Of a DNA stretch of 64,000 bases, positions 33,179 through 44,831 are shown in pieces (positions within the stretch are counted from its first letter, which is position 1; each line of letters starts with the position of its first letter). The notes under the pieces were generated by a model. That model was not told the origin of the DNA and ran no database searches. It was given only the letters and a program-made list of their open reading frames with translations. Origin of the DNA: Planktothrix sp. GU0601_MAG3 (GTDB taxonomy: Bacteria; Cyanobacteriota; Cyanobacteriia; Cyanobacteriales; Microcoleaceae); assembly GCA_035193785.1 (NCBI GenBank), contig CP136572.1, positions 4,692,578-4,756,577 on the forward strand, read 5' to 3'. The translations under genes and the position numbers were made by a program.

Positions 33179-35241
33179 ATGTCTGAACAGAATTCAATCT
33201 TTAGCTATCCCCAAACTCGGAAATCTGATCAAGTTGACAATTATCATGGCGTGACCGTTGCTGACCCCTATCGGTGGTTAGAAGATTTAGATTCGGAAGA
33301 AACCGCTTCATGGGTGGAGGCCCAAAACGCGGTGACATTCGATTATTTGAATCAAATTTCGGATAAAGAAACCATTAAACAACGCCTAACTCAACTTTGG
33401 GATTATGAAAAATATGGAATTCCATTTAAGCAAGGAAATCGCTATTTTTATTTTAAAAATGATGGACTCCAGAATCAAAGTGTTTTGTATTTTTTAGAGT
33501 CATTAGATGCCGAACCTCAAGTTTTATTAGATCCCAATAGTTTATCTGAAGATGGAACTATTGCTTTATCAGGAATGTCTATCAGTGAAGATGGAAATTT
33601 AATGGCCTATGGGTTATCAACTTCCGGTTCTGATTGGCAAGAATGGAAAGTCAGAGATATTAATACTAAAGAAGATTTATCGGATAATTTAAAATGGGTT
33701 AAATTTTCTGGCGCATCTTGGACACACGACCATCAAGGATTCTATTATAGTCGTTATGATCAACCCCAGGAAGGAAAACCCTTAGAAGAAATCAATTATT
33801 TTCAAAAACTCTATTACCATCGTTTAGGAACTCCCCAATCTGAGGATACCTTAATCTATGAACGTCCTGATCAAAAAGAATGGGGATTTAATGGGTATGT
33901 TACCGAAGATGGGAAGTATTTAATCATTTCCGTTTGGAAGGGAACCGAATCTAAAAACTTGGTTTTTTATCAAGATTTAACTAAACCAAATGCTGAGGTT
34001 ATCGAACTAATTTCTGAGTTTAAAGCCAGTTATAGTTTTATTGATTATCAAGGGGATATCTTTTGGTTTACGACGGATTTGGATGCTTCTCGAAGTCGGG
34101 TAATTGCCATTGATATTAATACCAAAAATCTCACCGAAATTATTCCCGAAGCTCCCGAAACCCTAGAGGGAGTTAACATTTTAAATAATCAATTCATTGC
34201 CGATTATTTGAAAGATGCCCATACTCAAATGAAAATCTTTAATTTAGATGGGTCATTTGTTCGGGAAATTGAATTACCAGGAATTGGTTTCTGTGGGAGG
34301 TTTTGGGGGGAAGCGATATGATACGGAAACCTTCTATAGTTATACCAGTTTCACCGCCCCAAATACCATTTATCGCTACAATCTTGTGACGGGAGAAAGT
34401 ACAATTTATCGTCAAGCAAAGGTTGACTTTAACCCCGACGACTACGAAACCCAACAGGTGTTTTATCCGAGTAAAGATGGTACTTTAATCCCCATGTTTA
34501 TTACCGCTAAAAAAGGGGTAGAATTAAATGGAAATAACCCGACAATCTTATATGGATATGGGGGATTTAATATTTCCCTAACGCCTTCATTTTCTATTAG
34601 TCGTTTGGTTTGGTTAGAAATGGGTGGTGTTTATGCGATCGCCAATTTACGAGGTGGGGGAGAATATGGAGAAAATTGGCATCAAGCGGGAATGAAACTC
34701 AAGAAACAAAATGTCTTTGATGACTTTATTTCTGCCGCCGAATGGTTAATAGAAAAACGCTATACTTCCCAGCAAAAACTAGCAATTATGGGAGGAAGTA
34801 ACGGCGGGTTATTAGTTGGAGCTTGTATGATTCAACGGCCGGATTTATTCGCGGCGGTGTTACCTGCGGTGGGGGTTTTAGATATGCTCCGGTTCCATAA
34901 ATTTACCATAGGCTGGGCCTGGTGTTCCGATTATGGTTCGCCGGAAAATCCCGAAGAATTTCAAGCCTTATACGCCTATTCTCCTCTGCATAATTTAAAG
35001 CCAGGAAACTGCTTACCCAGCAACTTTAATTACTACAGGAGATCATGATGATCGAGTAGTCCCCGCCCATAGTTTTAAGTTTGCTTCGGCTTTACAGGAA
35101 CACCATATTGGGGAAAATCCAGTATTAATCAGAATTGAAACCAAAGCCGGACATGGCGCTGGAAAACCCACTGATAAAACGATTGAAGAAATTGCCGATC
35201 AATTTGCTTTTTTAAAGCGAGTTCTCCAAATTGATTCCTGA
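33179..35241 (+). CDS. Prolyl oligopeptidase (S9A); apparent frameshifts at 34287 and 35005
   Basis: [16 protein letters not shown] (catalytic Ser), repaired [11 protein letters not shown] and KAGHG; stop TGA at 35239-35241. Confidence 0.93.
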
Positions 35242-35332
35242 TATAAGGATTTAAGAGAGTTACGCAGATTAACACAGATGAAAATCCGTGAAATCCGTGA
35301 AATCCTCTTAAATCCGTGATCCCCATTTCTTC

Positions 35333-36823
35333 CTACAACGGAACATGGGTGGCAATTTTTTCGTTATTAGCTCCATAAACTTCTAGGGAAATTTTGGCAT
35401 TTTGACTAATTGTTTCTAAGGCAACTTTCAGAGTTTGAACGTGCTTTTCAGTTTCCGAACGTTTTTGAGAATCTCCCAGTTGATCTGCCGTTTTAGCCGT
35501 GGACTGAATTTGATTTACATATTCAGATGTTAACCGAACCGTAATCAAAGTTTCAGTCACATTGTAGTTACAAACCTTGGGACTTCCACTGCACAGTTTT
35601 CCTAAATCTTGACGGGCTTTTTCCAAACGAGATGTAATCTGATTTTGAATATCTGCCCGTTTCCAAGACTCATTAAATGTCGTTAAAAAAGGCTTAATTT
35701 TAGCCGAATAGGAACTACTAACCGGAACTTGTTTTCCGTAACTAACCGCCCGACTCCAATAGGTAACAGCTTCAGACCAATTGCCCCGTTGTTCTAAAAG
35801 TTTGGCTTGTTCAGAATTACTAATTGCTTGATTATAAGCATCTAAACCCACTTGTTCAATGGTTTTGCGATCGCGAGCCGCTTCTAATTTCGGTTGATAC
35901 CGGGCTAACAAAACCTGGGCCGATTGATAGGCCGTTGTCCCATAGGGAATGGTCGATAAAGTATTAGCTGCGGTTTGCCAAGTTTCAAATACCTGTTGCC
36001 AACTTTCTGCATATTTGGCGACTCCTTGACGGGCTTCTGCTACCTGGGCAGTTTTCTTCGCTGTCGCTAAGATTTGTTCCCCATCTCGTTCTAATTTTAA
36101 ACGATTTCTCACATCCCCTAAATTAGCTCGATATTGCTGCCATCGAGCCTGAGCAAAGGGATAAACAATACTACTATTAGGAACTTGATCTAAAAGGGCG
36201 ATCGCTTCTTCCCACATCGATTGCATTTTTATCCAATCTCCTACGGAATGGGGGGGATTTTGACCCATTTCTGAAGCTTTTGCTGCCACATTTAAGGATT
36301 TAACTACCGAATTTAATTCGTTATATTCTTGACGATAAACCGACAAAAGAGCTTTGGCTTCAGGATAACGGGGCGACCAAAAAGGAATGGTTTCTAAGAG
36401 TTTAATTCCCGATTGTAAATCCTCTGATGCTAAAATAGGAGCCTTAGAAGAACTGACGGTTTCAATGGTTTGTTTAGATTTTTGACTAAAATCTCTGGCG
36501 GTATCCATTTCCTGACATTCTCCCATCACACAGGGACGAGTCACAGTATAAATACATCCAAATACCAAGACTAAAACCGCAGCAATTTTAGCTAATAAAA
36601 CCAGATTCAATCCCTTACTAATTGCTGTGGCTTGGGGAGATGGTTCATCGGTATCAGTTTCTTCCTCAACCGGTGCACTGATATCCTCTAAAGCCCCTAT
36701 ATCTTGAATATCAAAAGGATTATATTCTTCCGTTTCTTCTTCTAAAAAAGGATTTTTAGCTTCTACCTCGGAGGAATTTTCAATATTTTGTTTTTGCTTG
36801 GCTTCTAAAACTGCTGTTTTCAT
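35333..36823 (-). CDS. Hypothetical single-TM protein with TPR-like/coiled-coil helices
   Basis: Acidic N-region, TM helix, RPCVMGEC, repeated W..AI..L..IP.....Y..AQ helices; start uncertain (36823 or 36916). Confidence 0.7.
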   Translation of the reverse strand: MKTAVLEAKQKQNIENSSEVEAKNPFLEEETEEYNPFDIQDIGALEDISAPVEEETDTDEPSPQATAISKGLNLVLLAKIAAVLVLVFGCIYTVTRPCVMGECQEMDTARDFSQKSKQTIETVSSSKAPILASEDLQSGIKLLETIPFWSPRYPEAKALLSVYRQEYNELNSVVKSLNVAAKASEMGQNPPHSVGDWIKMQSMWEEAIALLDQVPNSSIVYPFAQARWQQYRANLGDVRNRLKLERDGEQILATAKKTAQVAEARQGVAKYAESWQQVFETWQTAANTLSTIPYGTTAYQSAQVLLARYQPKLEAARDRKTIEQVGLDAYNQAISNSEQAKLLEQRGNWSEAVTYWSRAVSYGKQVPVSSSYSAKIKPFLTTFNESWKRADIQNQITSRLEKARQDLGKLCSGSPKVCNYNVTETLITVRLTSEYVNQIQSTAKTADQLGDSQKRSETEKHVQTLKVALETISQNAKISLEVYGANNEKIATHVPL

Positions 36824-36923
36824 AATTTTGTCTGTAATCGGTGATACACTTGACCGGGAATTTTTAGAGGTTGAACTGCGGTTGCTAAATTTTATCGGGG
36901 TTTTCTGGAAACCCAATTAAAGA

Positions 36924-37580
36924 TTAACCTTCCCAGACTTTCCCGTAGGATTCTCCATAACAGAGTTGTTCAACCGGAAACCTTCCCCCATATTTTTTAA
37001 AAGGTTCTGTCGCATATCCTAAAGCCAGAAGGCAACAAACATCAACCGCTTCTGGAATATTAAATTGGGCTTTGACCTGAGATCCAATAAATCCCTCCAT
37101 CGGACAACTATCTACCCCATAGGTCTGCGCCACAATCATAATATGGGCAACGGCTAACATAGCTTGGCGGTTTGTCCAGGTTTCCAGGGACTCAAAGGAA
37201 GGATGTTTCTCAAAGGTCTGGGGAATGGCTGTGCGGATATAATCGGCATAGCTATCATTGATCGAACCCTGTTCTCGACCCAGTTGAATCACCGATTCAA
37301 TATATTCCGGTTCCGCCACACGCCGATCGCTACAACAAATTAACACCACCGGAGCTTCCGTGACCTGGCGCTGATTAAAAGCACAGGCTTTGAGTTTTTC
37401 CTTACTCTGGAGACTTTGTAAGATAATAAACCGCCAGGGCTGTAGATTAAACCCCGAGGGCGATCGCATCCCTAAACGCAGAATTTCCGAGAAAATCACC
37501 CCCGGAATTAAAGTCGGTTTAAAGGCTCTGACCGCCCGACGTTGTTCAATCGCATATCTTAAATTAATTGAAGGTTCCAT
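36924..37580 (-). CDS. Nitroreductase family protein
   Basis: RRAVRAF, SPSGFNLQPWRF, SCPMEGF. Confidence 0.93.
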   Translation of the reverse strand: MEPSINLRYAIEQRRAVRAFKPTLIPGVIFSEILRLGMRSPSGFNLQPWRFIILQSLQSKEKLKACAFNQRQVTEAPVVLICCSDRRVAEPEYIESVIQLGREQGSINDSYADYIRTAIPQTFEKHPSFESLETWTNRQAMLAVAHIMIVAQTYGVDSCPMEGFIGSQVKAQFNIPEAVDVCCLLALGYATEPFKKYGGRFPVEQLCYGESYGKVWEG

Positions 37581-37642
37581 TTGATTATCGGATGAAAGTT
37601 TGCTTTTCTATTGTTATTGATAATTGGCTATTGCTAACGGGT

Positions 37643-38626
37643 TTAACTCAAACCCAATTCCCGCTTGAGCAAATTAATCGATTCTGCACCAATATAATTG
37701 GGACAGCAGACCAATTGAGGTTGACGAATCAATTCTTCTCGATTGGTATGAACCAAATTCTTGACCACCGGATAACTGGCTTGATCACAAATAATAATCC
37801 GTGCTGTGCGAACAATAGAATTAATCTTATAGGGATCGGTTAATTGAGCCGTCAGTACCAAAATATCATCCCCTCGCAAGCTATGAATAATCACTTCCGT
37901 CGCCCTTAATAACCCCGAACTCAGACTCACAATTCCTAAATAAGTCCCCCTGGGAGCATCCCGCACCAACTCAATTTCCTCAGCATAGTTATGAATATCA
38001 ATCGGAATCACCCGCACGGACTTAGGGGCGGCAATGGCTTCAGCTTGTCCAATAAAATAACGACTGGTAACAACCGTTCCCGAGGGGACTTTTTCTAATA
38101 GTTCGGGTAGCTGTTCAATCGGGACTAACTGCACGGGAATTTTTAGGGCTTCTTCTAATTCCTGAGCCATTAATTCTCCAATCCCAATATCTTGAGTCGG
38201 AGCCGTGACTAAAACCCTAGCACTACAGCGTAATCGCCAATCAATTTCACCTAGAAACATTTCCCTGGCTTGATTAAGGGTGCATCCTTGAGATAACAAT
38301 TCATCCAAACTCCGTTGAATAATTTTATTAGCTTGGGGATTTTGTTCTAAAATAGGCGAGTTTAACCTTGATCCTCCTTCATGCCCCAAAGCCCGCACAT
38401 AAATTCCCGATCCCGCCTGGGCTTCTACTAAGCCATTATCTTCCAATTGTCGATAAACTTTGCTAATCGTATTTCGGTGTAATCCCGTTTCCATCGCCAG
38501 TTGACGGGTGCTGGGTAAACGATGTCCCGGGGGAAATTGTCGAGAGGCGATCGCAAATCGCATTTGATTAAATAGTTGGTTAGAGGCGGGAATATCGCTA
38601 TCAGGTTGAATATAAAACCGAACCAT
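37643..38626 (-). CDS. plmA: GntR-family regulator, cyanobacterial PlmA subfamily
   Basis: IPASNQLFNQ..LPSTRQLAMETGLHRNTISKVY; IDWRLRCSAR; VTSRYF. Confidence 0.85.
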   Translation of the reverse strand: MVRFYIQPDSDIPASNQLFNQMRFAIASRQFPPGHRLPSTRQLAMETGLHRNTISKVYRQLEDNGLVEAQAGSGIYVRALGHEGGSRLNSPILEQNPQANKIIQRSLDELLSQGCTLNQAREMFLGEIDWRLRCSARVLVTAPTQDIGIGELMAQELEEALKIPVQLVPIEQLPELLEKVPSGTVVTSRYFIGQAEAIAAPKSVRVIPIDIHNYAEEIELVRDAPRGTYLGIVSLSSGLLRATEVIIHSLRGDDILVLTAQLTDPYKINSIVRTARIIICDQASYPVVKNLVHTNREELIRQPQLVCCPNYIGAESINLLKRELGLS

Positions 38627-38928
38627 GATTACATCTCCAAGGGAATAAAGCAAAATGGGTTAATTGTCTATTTTCCAGACATTGCTGTTTGAGAAAAATA
38701 TAGATTTATCTCCTGAAAATTTTTATACCGTTTAGTTTTAATTGTGCCATTTACCGATCGGCTTTTTGTTTTTTTTTACAAGTTATAAAGTTTTACTCGT
38801 TTTTGATCAGAAAGTTTTCATCTACTTTTATCCCTTATCAATTGCCATAATTTTATATATTGCATATTAACCGATCTAGGTAGCCATTAGGATATGATTG
38901 AACCTTATTTACAACTCTTTAAAAAATT

Positions 38929-39664
38929 ATGACCAATCAGCCCTTACAGACCGCCTGGGTTCAAATTCCCAATGGGGACTTACAAATTGACGGCTATCTC
39001 GCTCAACCCCAGGGAGCCGGGCCATTTCCCGCCGTGATCGTGATTCAAGAAATTTTTGGGGTAAATTCCCATATTCGAGATGTCACCGAAACGCATCGCC
39101 AAAGAAGGATATATTGCGATCGCACCCGCCATTTATCAACGCTCTGCCCCGGGCTTTGACGTCGGTTATACTCCAGAAGGCATGAAATTAGGCCGAAAAT
39201 ATAAAGATCAAACTACCGCCCCACAACTATTAAGCGATATTCAAGCCACCATCGACTATTTGAAAACCCTCCCCAACCTCAAACCCAAATTCGGCTCCAT
39301 TGGTTTTTGTTTTGGCGGTCACGTCGTTTATTTAGCCGCCACCCTCCCCGATATCCAAGCCACAGCCTGTTTCTATGGGGCTGGAATTGCCACCATGACC
39401 CCCGGAGGTGGAGCAGCCACCATCACCCGCACAAAAGACATTCAAGGGGTTCTCTATGGCTTTTTCGGCACAGAAGATCCCCTAATTCCTAACCAACAAG
39501 TCGATCAAATCGAAACCGAACTCCAAAACCATCAAATTCCCCATCAAATTTTCCGCTACAAAACCGATCACGGCTTCTTCTGCGACCAACGCAGCACCTA
39601 CAACCCCCCAGCCGCCCAAGACGCCTGGACAAAGGTTAAACAACTCTTTCAGCAGCAGTTATAG
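38929..39664 (+). CDS. Dienelactone hydrolase family; apparent frameshift at GAAAC 39088
   Basis: [27 protein letters not shown]. Confidence 0.92.
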
Positions 39665-39671
39665 GGAATTG

Positions 39672-39985
39672 CGAATTACGAATTACGAATTACGAATTAC
39701 GAATTACGAATTACGAATGGACAATGGGGAACAGAAGGAGTTCACACCCCCTGCCTCCCCTGCCTCCCCTGCCTCCCCTGCCTCCCCTGCCCCCCTGCCC
39801 CCCTGCCTCCCCTGCCTCCCCTGCCTCCCCTGCCTCCCCTGCCTCCCCTGCCTCCCCTGCCCCCCTGCCCCCCCTGCCTCCCCTGCCTCCCCTGCCCCCC
39901 CTGCCTCCCCTGCCTCCCCTGCCCCCCCTGCCTCCCCTGCCCCCCCTGCCTCCCCTGCCTCCCCTGCTCCCCCTGCTCCCCCCAT
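39672..39985. repeat. CGAATTA heptamer run (39672-39717) followed by a long CCCCTGCCT/CCCCTGCCC nonamer run (39747-39985)
   Basis: Directly visible. Confidence 0.95.
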
Positions 39986-40107
39986 TCCCCCACTCCCACC
40001 TTCTCTAACTGTGTTATGCTCAGAGGATTGGAGTGTTGTTGAAGACGAGAGCAGCGTTATAAGCAGGTTCCTAACACCTTTATTTTTGTTTTTCTTTACT
40101 TTTTGCT

Positions 40108-40992
40108 ATGGCTACTAAAAACCCGTCCTTTTCTCTTGATGATTTTGCCAAAGCCCTAGATCAACAGAATTATGATTTACATAAAGGGCAAATCGTTAAG
40201 GGTCAGGTAGAATCCTATACCAGTGATGGTGCTTACATTGATATTAAAGGAGCTAAATCTCCTGGTTTTATTCCTAAAAAAGAGATTTCAGTTGTAGAAG
40301 TTGAGGATATTTCCGAAATTCTCCCCTTAAAAGAGGAGCGAGATTTTCTAATTATTAGAGAACAAAATGCCGATGGTCAAATCTTACTTTCCATCCGACA
40401 ACTAGAAATCAAACAAATTTGGGATCAACTCCTAGATGCTCAAAATGGAGGTCAATCTTTACAAGCTAGAGTGACCGGAGTAAATCGCGGAGGTGTCACC
40501 GTTGAAGTTCATTCTTTACGGGGGTTTATTCCTCGATCGCATCTTTTAGAAAAAGACGACCTAGACTCCTTAGTTGATCAATCTTTAAGTGTTAGTATTT
40601 TAGAATTAGATCCCGAACGGAATAAAATTGTTTTATCCCAAAGATTAGCCTCTCAATCCATCGGTTTTAGTCAATTAGAAGTTGGTCAATTGGTGGAAGG
40701 AAAAGTCATGGGGGTCAAACCCTTTGGCGTTTTTGTTGATATTGAAGGAGTGACAGGATTAATTCACATTAAAGAAGTTAGTCAAAAATATGTTGAATCT
40801 TTACCCACCCTTTTCCCCGTTGGTCTAATTATTAAAGCCATGGTGATTAGTTTAGATGAAGGTCGCCATCGGATTTCCCTCTCCACTCGAATTTTAGAAA
40901 ATTATCCGGGTGAAGTGGTCGAGAAATTATCAGAAGTGATGGAATCAGCCGAAGCTCGTTCAGAAAGAGCTAGAAAGTTAATTATTCTGTAA
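40108..40992 (+). CDS. S1 RNA-binding protein (ribosomal protein S1 homolog B type)
   Basis: Three S1 domains (GAYIDI..GFIP; NRGGV..LRGFIPRSHL; KPFGVFVD..GLIHI). Confidence 0.88.
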   Translation: MATKNPSFSLDDFAKALDQQNYDLHKGQIVKGQVESYTSDGAYIDIKGAKSPGFIPKKEISVVEVEDISEILPLKEERDFLIIREQNADGQILLSIRQLEIKQIWDQLLDAQNGGQSLQARVTGVNRGGVTVEVHSLRGFIPRSHLLEKDDLDSLVDQSLSVSILELDPERNKIVLSQRLASQSIGFSQLEVGQLVEGKVMGVKPFGVFVDIEGVTGLIHIKEVSQKYVESLPTLFPVGLIIKAMVISLDEGRHRISLSTRILENYPGEVVEKLSEVMESAEARSERARKLIIL

Positions 40993-41116
40993 TTTTAAAT
41001 TTCCCCCTATTATTATTATTTTAGGGGGATTATTTTTGAAAAAGACCGAGCCAGCAAACCTACATGGTAAAGTCTGTTCCCTGTTACCTACTATAATTTT
41101 AATTGTCAAAATTCCA

Positions 41117-42092
41117 ATGATTCATGTTTTAGGGATTGATGGTGGCGGTTCTAAAACGGTTTGTGTGTTAATGAGTGCCGATGGTAAAATATTAGGATGG
41201 GGACAATCCGGGCCATCCAATTATCAAACAGTCGGAATTGATGCAGCTAAAATCAACATTATTTCAGCGATTAAACAAGCAGTTGATCAGAGTTTTTTAG
41301 CCTTAGAAGGGTTAGTTCCAATTCAAGGAATTAGTTTAGGATTAGCGGGGGTAGGGCGTTCTGAAGATATTGAATTAATTCGTAATTTGATCCAAGAAAT
41401 TCAAACTCACCAAGAATTATCAATTGACTGGAAATTAACCCCCGAAAATATTATTATTAATGGTGATAGTATGATTGCCTTAGTCGGAGGTTTAGGTCAC
41501 TCCGTTGGTATTGTTGTAATTGCCGGAACTGGTTCCCATATATTCGGAAAAAATCATCAAGGAATCACCAAACGAGTCGGCGGCTGGGGGTATATTTTAG
41601 GAGATGAAGGTAGTGGTTATGATATTGCAATTCAAGGGTTAAAAGCTGCCTTACGTTTCCCATGATGGTCGCCTAGAATATACGAATCTAATTCCCAAAT
41701 TTAAAGAGGTTTTAAAGTTAAATTCCATTGAAGAATTAATTCCTATTATTTACCGTCAAGGATGGGGAGTGAAAAAAATTGCCAGTTTAGCACCCCTTGT
41801 GGATCAAGTGGCGGCGGAGGGTGATTTGGTGGCTCAAAATATTATTAAAAATGCCGTTAATGAATTAGCATTAGCTACAGAAGTCGCGATTAATGCTTTA
41901 TTTGAACCAACAGAATCCTTTGAAATTGTAGTAACCGGAGGAGTCTGGCAAGGATTAGCTAATTTTCGCCGCCAATTTGAAACTGAAGTTAATGCGATCG
42001 CACCTTTAGCTAATATTATATCTCCCCGCCATGAACCTGCCTATGGTGCGGGATTGTTAGCATTAGGAAAACCAACTTATATGAAACCTTAA
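41117..42092 (+). CDS. BadF/BadG/BcrA/BcrD-type N-acetylglucosamine/N-acetylmuramate kinase; apparent frameshift at GTTTC 41655
   Basis: LGIDGGGSKT, IAGTGS, GGWGYILGDEGSGY, EPAYGA. Confidence 0.88.
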
Positions 42093-42207
42093 ATTAGTGC
42101 TATAGATGGTAAGGCAACAGGCAACAGGCAATGTTTACTATACTTATACTTGATTCTTTTCATCTACCATCCTTTTCCTATTAGTGACGCAGCGATCGCA
42201 CCCGCAA

Positions 42208-43833
42208 TTATCTTTGAAAACGTTGTCGAATTCGAGAGACTAATAAATCAACTTCGGGTAATTTGAGAAATAGAATTAATATCAGAAAAACCATTAAACC
42301 TATAATACCCGGAAGCAATAATTCCATTAATAAAAATCCAAAATTATCACCGAGGGCTAAAATTCTTAATCCTTGTAATGTTCCCCAACTCACAAACCCA
42401 GAAATCAAACTAATTATTGTTAATCCCAAAAAGGGTAAACTCCATTCCCGCCAGGGTAAGCCATTTAATTTGATATGTAATAGCCATAAAAACATCCCCA
42501 TGGAAACAACATTCACTCCAACGGTAGCTAAGACTAAACCCGGCGCACCCCAGGATTTAACTAAAATAAAATCTAATAACCCATTCAAGAAAATATTAAA
42601 AATACTCACTTTAAATGGAGTCTGTCCATCTCCTAAACCATAAAATACCCTAACTAATACATCCCGTCCCAAATAAAAGAACATCCCCACGGAATAGGCA
42701 ACTAAAACCGAAGCTACAAACTCCGATGCTTCCAAATTAAACGCATAACGTTCATAAACAATTCTCACCGTCGGTAAGGCTAAAGCTACCATTAATGTAC
42801 TTAACGGTAACATGGTAATGGCTGTTAAGATTAAGGCTTGACGAATCCGGTCTTTTAATTCTGGCCATTGTTCGGGATCTCTTAAACGAGCAAAAACAGG
42901 CAAAAAAGGAACCAAAATCATATTAGAAATGATTCCTAATGGAGTTTGAACTAATAGCCCAGAATAGCCCATAGCTGAAGCAGCTTGGGGAATATAAGAG
43001 GCAAAAAATAAATCCGTATAGACATTAATTTGTAACATTCCTGATGATAAAGTGGCGGGTAGCATCACTTTCATTACATCTTTTAATCCAGGTATTTTAA
43101 AATTAAAGCGCAGTCTTAAAGTTCCTAACCCCGATTTCCACATCGCCGGAACTTGAATAATCCATTGCAAAACCGCCCCCGCCAAAGTCGCCCAAGCTAA
43201 GACTTCCCCCCCTAAAACCATATATTTAGGGCTACCTACCTCATCCCCTAAAATCCCAATTAAAACCCCTAATCCTAAAATTAAAGCCGCACTCGAAAAT
43301 AGGGGACTAATTGACGGCAACCAATACATATCCGCCGCATTTAGTGTACCAAATCCAATCCCAATTAACCCCGCAAATAAAGCCATCGGAGCCATAATTT
43401 TTAACTGTTCAATGGCAATATTTCGGGTGGCTATGCCTTCAGGAGTTAGGCTTAAACCCGGAGCCATTAAATCAATTAATGGGGTGGCAAAAATTACTAA
43501 CCCCACGGTTACTACTAATAAAACCATGCCCACCAAGGTAGAAACCGTTTCTACTAAAGCCTCGGCATCTTTTCGCTCTCTATTTGCTAAAGCACTGACA
43601 ATGGCGCTATGAAATGGGCCGTTAATTCCACCCAATAAAATTAATAAAAACCCGGGGATAACATAAGCGAAATTATAGGCATCAATGGCTGGCCCCACAC
43701 CAAAAGCCGCCGCCATCACCTGTTGACGGATTAAGCCAAATACTTTACTAATTAGGGTAGCAACTGCAACAATAGTGGCAATTCCTACTAATGAACGAGA
43801 GCGTTTAGGTTTCTTCTGACACGGAATATCCAC
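42208..43833 (-). CDS. murJ: Lipid II flippase MurJ (MviN)
   Basis: SKVFGLIRQQVMAAAFG, GGINGPFHSA, multiple TM helices. Confidence 0.95.
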   Translation of the reverse strand: MDIPCQKKPKRSRSLVGIATIVAVATLISKVFGLIRQQVMAAAFGVGPAIDAYNFAYVIPGFLLILLGGINGPFHSAIVSALANRERKDAEALVETVSTLVGMVLLVVTVGLVIFATPLIDLMAPGLSLTPEGIATRNIAIEQLKIMAPMALFAGLIGIGFGTLNAADMYWLPSISPLFSSAALILGLGVLIGILGDEVGSPKYMVLGGEVLAWATLAGAVLQWIIQVPAMWKSGLGTLRLRFNFKIPGLKDVMKVMLPATLSSGMLQINVYTDLFFASYIPQAASAMGYSGLLVQTPLGIISNMILVPFLPVFARLRDPEQWPELKDRIRQALILTAITMLPLSTLMVALALPTVRIVYERYAFNLEASEFVASVLVAYSVGMFFYLGRDVLVRVFYGLGDGQTPFKVSIFNIFLNGLLDFILVKSWGAPGLVLATVGVNVVSMGMFLWLLHIKLNGLPWREWSLPFLGLTIISLISGFVSWGTLQGLRILALGDNFGFLLMELLLPGIIGLMVFLILILFLKLPEVDLLVSRIRQRFQR

Positions 43834-43893
43834 AGGGGTTAAAATGCAAACCCTAGTTTAATCGGAATTGACCACTATTCAAACCCACTACCC

Positions 43894-44649
43894 ATGGATT
43901 CTTATTTGTATCGCTATCCGTCCCTGGAGTCAGGGGTTTTGCTCAAACGCTATAAACGATTTTTAGCGGATATTCAGTTAACCTCTGGGGAGGTCATTAC
44001 CGCCCATTGTCCCAATACCGGGCCGATGACCGGGGTTTGTATCCCTGGAAACCCGGTGATGGTGTCCTACAGCCCCAGTAAAACCCGCAAATATCCCTAC
44101 ACTTGGGAGTTAATTCAGTTAAATTCGGAGGTTGACCCGGTGAGTCACGGGTTAACTTGGGTGGGAGTTAATACCGCTTTACCTAACAAGATTATTAATT
44201 TAGCTTTAATAGAAAGGTTGTTTCCCGAATTAGGAAATTATAGCGAAATTAAAAAAGAAGTTCCCTATGGGATGAATTTAAAAAGTCGGGTTGATTTTCT
44301 GCTGAAGGGGGAAGAAAAACCGATTTATGTAGAGGTGAAAAATACTACTTGGTCTGATGGGAAAATTGCCTTGTTTCCCGATACCGTAACCGAAAGAGGA
44401 CAAAAACATTTAAAGGAATTAATTGAAGTGGTTAAACAAGGCGATCGCGCAGTTATGCTATATTTTATTAATCGGGAAGACTGTACTGAATTTGCCCCTG
44501 GAGACAATGCCGACCCGGTTTATGGTCAACTGTTAAGGGAGGCAATTTTAGCCGGGGTGGAAGTATTACCCTGTCGGTTTGAAATTACCCCCGCAGGCAT
44601 TAAATATTTAGGGTTAGCAGTCTCGTTGTTGGGATGTGGCGCATCGTAA
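43894..44649 (+). CDS. sfsA: DNA/RNA nuclease SfsA
   Basis: RYKRFLAD, AHCPNTGPM, YVEVK, FPDTVTERGQKHL. Confidence 0.95.
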   Translation: MDSYLYRYPSLESGVLLKRYKRFLADIQLTSGEVITAHCPNTGPMTGVCIPGNPVMVSYSPSKTRKYPYTWELIQLNSEVDPVSHGLTWVGVNTALPNKIINLALIERLFPELGNYSEIKKEVPYGMNLKSRVDFLLKGEEKPIYVEVKNTTWSDGKIALFPDTVTERGQKHLKELIEVVKQGDRAVMLYFINREDCTEFAPGDNADPVYGQLLREAILAGVEVLPCRFEITPAGIKYLGLAVSLLGCGAS

Positions 44650-44672
44650 AAGCATAATTAAAACCAGGGATT

Positions 44673-44775
44673 CAGGACTTACGCACAAGACCCAAGAAAC
44701 CGGGTTTCTGGCTCTGATTTTGCGGATGAAATCGGTGATTTCTCGTTCAGAAACCCGGTTTCTGCGTAAGTCCTA
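44673..44775 (+). mobile_element. 103-bp MITE, copy 1 (TIR AGGACTTACGCA; 5-bp target duplication GGATT)
   Basis: CAGGACTTACGCA...TGCGTAAGTCCTA; internal AGAAACCGGGTTTCT-type palindromes; GGATT at 44668-72 and 44776-80. Confidence 0.88.
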
Positions 44776-44831
44776 GGATTATTATAATCGTAGGAATTTG
44801 GTCTCTAAACCCTACGATAAAATGTTACAAC

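Noticed and set aside
33179..35241. Prolyl oligopeptidase as a RiPP maturation enzyme
   Set aside because: About 10 kb and 20 kb from the two RiPP loci, in a housekeeping context; no supporting linkage
39669..40118. Pro/Gly-rich collagen-like ORFs (also 1299-1511, 2353-2655, 2360-2626, 5620-5805)
   Set aside because: Frames are open only because the 9-nt repeats lack stop codons
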